A stretch of 64,000 bases of DNA from the IMG/VR virus record IMGVR_UViG_3300027766_000001; one strand, given 5' to 3'. The notes below the pieces were generated by a model. The model made no database searches, had not been told where the DNA came from, and saw only the letters and a program-made list of their open reading frames with translations. The translations under genes and the position numbers were made by a program. Positions within the stretch are counted from its first letter, which is position 1; each line of letters opens with the position of its first letter. Positions 20,195-25,981 of the stretch are shown here, piece by piece. Origin of the DNA: a virus (taxonomy: Duplodnaviria; Caudoviricetes).

Positions 20195-20216
20195 CTTGAC
20201 ATGTAAGGAGGTAGGT

Positions 20217-20435
20217 ATGAAACCACGCGTAAAGTTCCATCAGCGCAATGGCGCGAGTGTGTACACGCTTGACGGCAGACCCATGGACTTCGAAGATGAA
20301 ATCCATTACGGGGTAGAAATGCGCCGGGCAAGAGAGTTGTATGAGCATCATCGTGAAATTGTTGCTGCATTGCCGTACTGGTTACAAAAGCTGTGCAAAC
20401 GTGCCCGGTTCAAGCCGGTAACACAATACTTGTAA
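20217..20435 (+). CDS. Hypothetical protein (72 aa)
   Basis: Strong AAGGAGGT RBS before ATG 20217. Confidence 0.7.
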   Translation: MKPRVKFHQRNGASVYTLDGRPMDFEDEIHYGVEMRRARELYEHHREIVAALPYWLQKLCKRARFKPVTQYL

Positions 20436-20457
20436 TTCACCTAACGAGGACGCTTCT

Positions 20458-21042
20458 ATGGCAGCCATCAATTATGATGCGATTGCGCAAGAACTCAAAC
20501 GTGGTTTAGTTGACCCTGATGTAGCTGGCCCGATTGATTGTTTAGCCCTGGATAAACCCATGGCGCTGAAAGAATTCTTTACGCTTGGAATAGGTGGACC
20601 GCGTCAAACCGGTAAAACCAAATGGATGATCGAAAGCCTGATCCGTGATCCGCTTTCCCGTTTGGTTACCCTTAACCTTTCCTTGCAAGAAGCCGCGGTC
20701 AACTATCTGTCCATGTACGCATCGTTAGATGAGAACACGCAGGATGGTACAAAGGTACCCGACTCCATTTGGATACCGGGTATTGGTTGGGTTCCTGTTC
20801 ATCCGGAAGCAGCAGCGGTGATCCGCCAGAACCCTAATGTTATTGAAGAGGCGAAGTGTCGCATTATTACAGCACATACGCTGCGTGACATGATCAGTCA
20901 AGACAAGGTGTCGAAAGATGACATCCGTCAGATCTTTATTGATCACCGCATTCAGACATTCCATCTGATCCGGTACAGCAAATATTATACGTGGTTAGCC
21001 AAGAAGTCCGACAATTATGTCCTGACGTGGTTAATCGATTAA
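20458..21042 (+). CDS. P-loop protein, terminase-like Walker A
   Basis: GIGGPRQTGKTKW; possible degenerate Walker B QIFIDH. Confidence 0.6.
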   Translation: MAAINYDAIAQELKRGLVDPDVAGPIDCLALDKPMALKEFFTLGIGGPRQTGKTKWMIESLIRDPLSRLVTLNLSLQEAAVNYLSMYASLDENTQDGTKVPDSIWIPGIGWVPVHPEAAAVIRQNPNVIEEAKCRIITAHTLRDMISQDKVSKDDIRQIFIDHRIQTFHLIRYSKYYTWLAKKSDNYVLTWLID

Positions 21043-21051
21043 AAGAATTCT

Positions 21052-21136
21052 GGCGGTGTCGCATAGCGGCAATTGCAGGGGACTGTAAATCCCCCGACTT
21101 CGGTCTTCGATGGTTCGAGTCCATCCGCCGCCACCA
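21052..21136 (+). tRNA. tRNA-Tyr (GTA), 85 nt, CCA encoded
   Basis: Acceptor GGCGGTG/CGCCGCC-A-CCA; anticodon arm GGGGA-CTGTAAA-TCCCC; long variable arm; T-arm GATGG-TTCGAGT-CCATC. Confidence 0.97.
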
Positions 21137-21411
21137 ACTTTGTTCAGGTAAGAGGCACAGGTCTGGCTGGTAACCAACCTGCAGCGATGATCGCGTAGAC
21201 CTACGGCATACCCATAAGTCCGTAAGAGCCGAACACATAAAGGACTACTGTTCCATCTGGATCAGGTAGGTGTTCTGATCGCTGACTGATTACTCGATAC
21301 GACAAGGCCTACACAGCCAACCCTAAACACCGAAATTAAGTTAATGGGCAAATGCATTCATGTTCAGGAAACCACATCTCGCTGACAGCTTTCAGCTTAG
21401 TGGAGATGAAC

Positions 21412-21714
21412 ATGAACATTTATAAAGTGGAACGTACTGACAATCTGGATTGGGATGAATTTGGGGGCATGGTCGTAATTGCTGCGTCTGAGGATGCTGC
21501 TAGGTTACTGCACCCCGGGGTCGTTCACCAATCTAATTGTGATGAAGTGCTGGATTGCATTAAGGAGTCACTGGAACAATTTGAGTGGGAAGCTAAGCGG
21601 TATCATCCGTCCTGGGTTCTACTCAAAGACGTCCATACTCTGCGCGTTACCCTAGTGGGAACAGCACACGCATCGTCCGCTGCTGTGATCCTTACGGATT
21701 ACAATGCCGGTTAA
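21412..21714 (+). CDS. Conserved small phage protein
   Basis: MNIYKVERTDNLDWDEFGGMVVIAASEDAARLLHP resembles a recurrent phage family; GGAG RBS. Confidence 0.7.
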   Translation: MNIYKVERTDNLDWDEFGGMVVIAASEDAARLLHPGVVHQSNCDEVLDCIKESLEQFEWEAKRYHPSWVLLKDVHTLRVTLVGTAHASSAAVILTDYNAG

Positions 21715-21719
21715 CTTAA

Positions 21720-21742
21720 GTCCGGGCATGACCCGGACACCT
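21720..21742 (+). ncRNA. tRNA acceptor-like microhelix
   Basis: GTCCGGG-CATGA-CCCGGAC-ACCT; outer 6 bp and the following ACCTATTC are identical to the tRNA-like element at 22430. Confidence 0.45.
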
Positions 21743-21750
21743 ATTCAGAA

Positions 21751-21836
21751 TTAGATTGATAGCAGCCAATGGGCTTTCACCCCATCACGCCCGGCTGACG
21801 GGAGCGGCGATCAGTCTAAACCCGAGTGCACTCGGG
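21751..21836 (+). ncRNA. Structured RNA element plus perfect palindrome
   Basis: TTAGATTGAT/ATCAGTCTAA closing stem with inner CAGCC/GGCTG and ATGGG/CCCAT; 16-bp palindrome CCCGAGTGCACTCGGG at 21821-21836. Confidence 0.5.
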
Positions 21837-21845
21837 CACCCTTTT

Positions 21846-21931
21846 GAGGTTTCGGACAGCTGCGACTTTCAACTAAGTCATACTCGCTGAAGCCGACCGG
21901 ACTGTACGAATTGCAGTCTGTCCTTAACCTC
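21846..21931 (+). ncRNA. Structured RNA element (multi-branch)
   Basis: GAGGTT-GGACAG-CTGCGA paired with TTGCAG-CTGTCC-AACCTC; inner GACTT/AAGTC hairpin. Confidence 0.5.
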
Positions 21932-22035
21932 GATCCATTTAACATGATGAAGCATACCAAGAGTACGTGAGCGGAACTTGATCCCAATCACATCTGTTTA
22001 TCCATGCGATGATAAACTACTCGAGGAAATTCATT

Positions 22036-22422
22036 ATGTTGAATAAAGAAGTGCTGTTAGCCCTGACCCCGTCTCTGACCGGCTTTAAAGATGAAGACCA
22101 TGACTACGGCCAGGTCTGGTATGACGAATGGTACTTCCGCGTGGAGAACCATGAACGCTACCATATCGTCTTTGGCTGGTATGAGTACGAGGATTACTCA
22201 GGACATTCCTATGTCTTTGGTTACGACAAGGAAGAGGATAAGTTCTTTGAAGTGGTCGCCTACCATTGCTCCTGCTACGGCTTGGAGGAAGGTTGGGATC
22301 CTGAGTACTTCGAATCAACAGCGTTACTGGCTGATTACCTGGCGAAGTTCAAGGGTAAAACCTACTCTTCAGGTCAGCTGACTTTGGTTGCGTTCTTGAA
22401 AGAGTGCGGAATCGAAGTATAA
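22036..22422 (+). CDS. Conserved small acidic phage protein
   Basis: 128 aa, GAGGA RBS, HCSCYGLE motif seen in a recurrent phage family. Confidence 0.75.
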   Translation: MLNKEVLLALTPSLTGFKDEDHDYGQVWYDEWYFRVENHERYHIVFGWYEYEDYSGHSYVFGYDKEEDKFFEVVAYHCSCYGLEEGWDPEYFESTALLADYLAKFKGKTYSSGQLTLVAFLKECGIEV

Positions 22423-22429
22423 CCGAATC

Positions 22430-22529
22430 GTCCGGATAGTTTAATAAGAACGGTGCGCCGGAATGCCCTTAAACTTACTAGGGGTGGTGTGCGCACAGGT
22501 GGTGGGGTCTGATCTCCCTCCGGACACCT
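22430..22529 (+). ncRNA. tRNA-like RNA A (expanded anticodon arm, degenerate T arm)
   Basis: 7-bp acceptor GTCCGGA/TCCGGAC-A-CC; T8A9 plus D-arm GTT-TAATAAG-AAC; GTGCGC/GCGCAC stem enclosing 32 nt; AGGT variable segment; weak GGGG/CTCC T-arm. Confidence 0.55.
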
Positions 22530-22538
22530 ATTCTCAAT

Positions 22539-22690
22539 GCTGGCACTAGCCAAACGGAAAGGCTTATACTTGGACGCTGAGTCGACGCAGTTATCAGCCA
22601 GGTATAGATTGCTCTGACAACACCATGTCATCATTAGACAATGTGATGTCATCATTATCGGGTTCGAGTCCCGGTGTGCTTCAGCTACCT
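22539..22690 (+). ncRNA. tRNA-like RNA B (expanded anticodon and variable arms)
   Basis: D-arm TA-GCC-AAACGGAAA-GGC; canonical T-arm ATCGGG-TTCGAGT-CCCGGT; acceptor GCTGGCAC/GTGC(TT)CAGC followed by T-ACCT; TATACTTGG/CCAGGTATA in place of the anticodon stem. Confidence 0.65.
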
Positions 22691-22691
22691 C

Positions 22692-22810
22692 TTTGTCGTT
22701 AGCCTGATGAGTCGCCGACATTAAACGCGACGAAACGTAGAACATGAAATTCATCCACTGAGGATTCACCACCTCGGTGCCCGCTAGGCATGTTCTATGT
22801 AGCAGTGAAG
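22692..22810 (+). ncRNA. Hammerhead ribozyme, type I, with pseudoknot
   Basis: CTGATGA 22704-22710; stem II GTCGC/GCGAC; GAAA 22732-22735; 12-bp stem III (A)CGTAGAACATG/CATGTTCTATG(T); GTA cleavage triplet ending 22801; stem I GC/GC; loop II CGACA complements TGTCG 22694-22698. Confidence 0.85.
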
Positions 22811-22975
22811 ATTCATTGACCAAGGTGTCTCGAACTTACACAGCCTTCTGCTCATCGGGTCACTCCCGGTACCAAGGTGAGCAGCGGGGTGTGGTAATTT
22901 GTCCGGTTACTGCGTCAAGGGCTGTAGGGGTATGGTCCTGGTTTTATCCTCAGATGTTCCATGTGAAAGCGGCTA

Positions 22976-23008
22976 AACCCCGGGGGTAACACCTCGGGGT
23001 TTATGCCG
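22976..23008 (+). terminator. Terminator closing the RNA island, TTTATGCCG class
   Basis: AACCCCGGGG-GTAACA-CCTCGGGGTTTATGCCG. Confidence 0.8.
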
Positions 23009-23025
23009 TTCTCGCAATGCAGATG

Positions 23026-23050
23026 ATTTCAAACCTATATTACACTGGTG
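23026..23050 (+). promoter_or_regulatory. Phage early promoter (TATATTAC)
   Basis: ATTTCAAACCTATATTACACTGGTG; core at 23036-23043. Confidence 0.7.
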
Positions 23051-23083
23051 ATGAATCCAACCATTTAAAATAAGGAGGTAATT

Positions 23084-23332
23084 ATGTTCATCAAAGCAAA
23101 ACTTTACAACGATGGTCAGAAGTCAACCAAGAGCGTGTTTATCAAAGCAAGCGATATCAGTGTGTGGTCGCAAAACGGCAGTAAAGATAACACGACCAAG
23201 CTGGAATTAATCAGTGGCTCGACAGTAACGATTGTCTGTGTTCCCGATAAGCTCGCGGGTTACATTCACGTGGCGTTGAACAAAGGCGATATCGAAGTAA
23301 ACGAAGACGGCGACGTCACGTATTTGAAATAA
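23084..23332 (+). CDS. Hypothetical early protein
   Basis: 82 aa, perfect TAAGGAGGT RBS, hairpin terminator at about 23336-23370. Confidence 0.8.
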   Translation: MFIKAKLYNDGQKSTKSVFIKASDISVWSQNGSKDNTTKLELISGSTVTIVCVPDKLAGYIHVALNKGDIEVNEDGDVTYLK

Positions 23333-23394
23333 GCATCATAAAGCTCCGGGTAACCCCCGGGCTTTTATAACCCTTAACTTGTAGGAGCAGTAAA

Positions 23395-23802
23395 ATGGCA
23401 TTAAGCAAAAGAACCCTGAAGCGTCGTTTCCACAACCTGAAAGCGATGCACGTATTAATCCTCAGTGCCGCAGCACGGATGGATCATTCCGCTCAGATGT
23501 ACAACGACAGCTTCCAGCAGTCAATGAGCGCTAAGCATCATCCAGACGAAGTCTACCGTGAAGGTATGCAGAACATCCGAACCGGTTTGTGGGCCGCGTA
23601 TGAGAAAGACCGTAAAGTCTTCATCGCACGCAGTCGTAAGTTCGGTAAAGAGCTGACGCAGCAGGTCCTGGCCAAACGTAAGAAAAAGAACCCCCGTGCA
23701 CATTTCGAGGCAATGGGATTAAACAAACCCGCCATGATTCGTAAGCACATCGCTGGGACAAAGAAACCTTTTATCGGTCGTCCCGTTATTAGTAATTCTT
23801 AA
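23395..23802 (+). CDS. Basic hypothetical protein
   Basis: 135 aa Lys/Arg-rich; TTAACTTGTAGGAG leader. Confidence 0.75.
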   Translation: MALSKRTLKRRFHNLKAMHVLILSAAARMDHSAQMYNDSFQQSMSAKHHPDEVYREGMQNIRTGLWAAYEKDRKVFIARSRKFGKELTQQVLAKRKKKNPRAHFEAMGLNKPAMIRKHIAGTKKPFIGRPVISNS

Positions 23803-23851
23803 CTAACCCGCCCGATGTCATGGCTATTTACGCTCTAATAAAGGAGGAACC

Positions 23852-24391
23852 ATGACATCGCGTGAAAGCGAGATCAAACGCTTACGTGACAATGAGCGAT
23901 GGTTTCGAGTACTGTCCGCAGAGCTGCGCTTTAAATTCAATCGGGTTAACCCACCGCAAGAGGCTTTTATGGAAGGTAAAGAAGCATTCATCCGCATCCG
24001 TCAAATCCTGATGACGGTGTGTGAACTCTATGACGTTAAAGAGCAGTACTGGGCAGAAACAGAGTCCTTTGGTGATGCAGCCACCAAACAAGCTCGCGAC
24101 TTACTGGAACGGCAACACCATGCTTTAAATGAAAGCATCTTCCAGCATGTTCAGCAAATAGAAAAGCTAACCGAGTTCTTGACACCTGACTTACTTTTAC
24201 AGGTGAATCATTACATCGATGGCATACGGCCCTACCTGGATAAATGTGTACCGCGCATTACCGGGCCAGATTGTCAAAGCACAGGGGAAAGAAATGAAGA
24301 CCCACAATTGTGGTACCGTGCCAAACAACCTGACCTTCCAGCATCACTTACTTCAATGTATTCGGACATCATCATCAAAAGTGGTGAGTAG
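23852..24391 (+). CDS. Hypothetical protein
   Basis: 179 aa, AAGGAGG RBS. Confidence 0.75.
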   Translation: MTSRESEIKRLRDNERWFRVLSAELRFKFNRVNPPQEAFMEGKEAFIRIRQILMTVCELYDVKEQYWAETESFGDAATKQARDLLERQHHALNESIFQHVQQIEKLTEFLTPDLLLQVNHYIDGIRPYLDKCVPRITGPDCQSTGERNEDPQLWYRAKQPDLPASLTSMYSDIIIKSGE

Positions 24392-24464
24392 CGAAAACAG
24401 TCGTAATGTGGAGCGCGTTGCACAGGAGTTGTTTGCTCAACAAACATATACCAGGAGGTAGCCC

Positions 24465-24755
24465 GTGTTGTTCGATTCGAAACAGATCATGCATTACATG
24501 CGTAATATGGTGGGTAATTACGTATTGGATAAAGCCCACATGAAGATCGATAACTTCGGTCGCGTCTGGCACGGTCGTTACATGGTGAACCTGCATGGGA
24601 TCTCCGAGCCGTACTACGAACTCGCCGGCGCTCTTGCTCCAAACTTCCAGACAGGTGGCCTGATGCTCTTACGTGATCCCGGTATTCAGGATGACGTATG
24701 GGACGCAGTGAACTGTCGTGTTTCCGAAATGCTCCGCACCCGTGCGGCAGTGTAA
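24465..24755 (+). CDS. Hypothetical protein
   Basis: GTG start after AGGAGGT. Confidence 0.7.
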   Translation: MLFDSKQIMHYMRNMVGNYVLDKAHMKIDNFGRVWHGRYMVNLHGISEPYYELAGALAPNFQTGGLMLLRDPGIQDDVWDAVNCRVSEMLRTRAAV

Positions 24756-24786
24756 GCTGTTTTACTTGACATGTGAGACCTACCTT

Positions 24787-25158
24787 ATGAACAATAAACT
24801 GACTGTTGCTGTAGAGTACAACTCATCCATGAACTTGGGTTGGGTTGCTGATCAAGTTGTCCAGCTGGTGAAAAGCCAGACCCGTGACATTTACCTGATC
24901 AGTCAGGATCCGAAGTTCACCTGCGATGTTCTGGCTGCCATTAAAGCCAAGACCGAAGGTGATGCGGAGTACCATCAGGTTGTTCAACGTCACAACATCC
25001 AGATCCACGTTGTCCCCGAAGAATGCCTGAACGAACTCGCCGATGCAGATCCGATTGGTAATGCAGCGGTTGTGGCGCAAGACAGTTTGAGAAAGCGTCT
25101 TGCGCCTTTGATGGCAAACACCGGTTGGCGTCGTCACTCGATGGCTACCAAACACTAA
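24787..25158 (+). CDS. Hypothetical protein
   Basis: 123 aa from ATG 24787; hairpin-T terminator at about 25165-25192. Confidence 0.7.
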   Translation: MNNKLTVAVEYNSSMNLGWVADQVVQLVKSQTRDIYLISQDPKFTCDVLAAIKAKTEGDAEYHQVVQRHNIQIHVVPEECLNELADADPIGNAAVVAQDSLRKRLAPLMANTGWRRHSMATKH

Positions 25159-25206
25159 AACAGTAAAGACCTCTTCGGGGGTCTTTATTTTTTGATTGGG
25201 GTGGGT

Positions 25207-25497
25207 ATGGAAGATGTGTTTAAAGGCAAGTGGGTAGTGCTCGCAGGAGTGTTCGAACATTTCGATCGTCACACTTTGCGTAAGCTACTCATTGAGAAAG
25301 GTGCACGTGTCTGTTCGACAGTGGATCGTCGAATTGATTTCTTTATCGCTGGGGATTGCGCGGGCCGTCGTTTAGAACAGGCGACCTATTTCAAAATTCG
25401 CGTGTTAGGCGAAAGCCACATGCTGGCAATGCTTAAGGACAGTGGCTATGTGGAAGAAAGTGCAACGCTGGATGAATCCGCCGGAAAAGCTCTGTGA
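25207..25497 (+). CDS. Stand-alone BRCT domain protein (NAD-ligase/RFC type)
   Basis: FKGKWVVLAG...RHTLRKLLIEKGARVCSTVDRRIDFFIAGDCAGRRLEQA...IRVLGESHMLAML parallels the LigA BRCT pattern (GK.FV.TG...R.E....I...Gg.v..SVSkkT..lv.G..aGsKl.kA...gv.ii.E..f). Confidence 0.85.
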   Translation: MEDVFKGKWVVLAGVFEHFDRHTLRKLLIEKGARVCSTVDRRIDFFIAGDCAGRRLEQATYFKIRVLGESHMLAMLKDSGYVEESATLDESAGKAL

Positions 25498-25963
25498 GGA
25501 GATTAAGATCCTGCAAAGCTGTAACGTGGATGATCTTCCTCTCCTGGTTATCGATCAGTACGAAGTTGACATTGAAAACACCAATCGGCTGAAGTTACCG
25601 GCCATTACCCATGCGTTGAATGTCGAAGACAACCTGCACCACTATGCGGGCGCATTAATACGCATGCGGTGTAACCAAGCCATTGCCTTTATCATGGCGG
25701 GTGACTATCGCCCAGCCACCATAAAAAATGACTTCCCGAATCCTGTTACGCAAGTACCGGGTGTGGTCGGGTTGCAATTCTGGCATGACAATGGCAAGCA
25801 GTACATTTACTGGGGTTGGCTTAACCCTAAGTACAGGAACCGGGTAGATTTTCCCTCCTTGGTGTTTGATGGACTGGCACGCCAAGGACTCGATCGACGC
25901 ACCGTTGATCACTTTCGTGTTGATTACCGCGGTATGCGGATCTATCAACATCCTTTACTGTAA
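25472..25963 (+). CDS. Hypothetical protein, possible GNAT-like fold
   Basis: 163 aa; YIYWGWLNPKYRNR resembles the GNAT motif A strand; overlaps the BRCT gene end. Confidence 0.5.
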   Translation: MNPPEKLCEEIKILQSCNVDDLPLLVIDQYEVDIENTNRLKLPAITHALNVEDNLHHYAGALIRMRCNQAIAFIMAGDYRPATIKNDFPNPVTQVPGVVGLQFWHDNGKQYIYWGWLNPKYRNRVDFPSLVFDGLARQGLDRRTVDHFRVDYRGMRIYQHPLL

Positions 25964-25981
25964 TAAAAGAGAGATACTAAC

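Noticed and set aside
20149-20195. Possible second hammerhead (CTGACGA followed by ATACC/GGTAT stem)
   Set aside because: The required GAAA does not follow the stem (CTCAAAA instead) and no stem III or NUH site can be built.
22759-22780. CTGAGGA inside hammerhead loop III, and minus-strand CTGAGGA near 22950
   Set aside because: No stem II plus GAAA follows either; chance core heptamers.
22430-22975. tmRNA or RNase P RNA interpretation of the tRNA-like region
   Set aside because: No tmRNA GGGG...GAC 5-prime end, tag reading frame or CCA end, and no RNase P GAGGAAAGTCC signature; the elements fold as separate cloverleaf-like units.
22374-22989. ORFs 22374-22823 (minus) and 22777-22989 (plus) over the RNA island
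   Set aside because: No RBS, atypical composition, and they overlap highly structured RNA motifs; better explained as non-coding.
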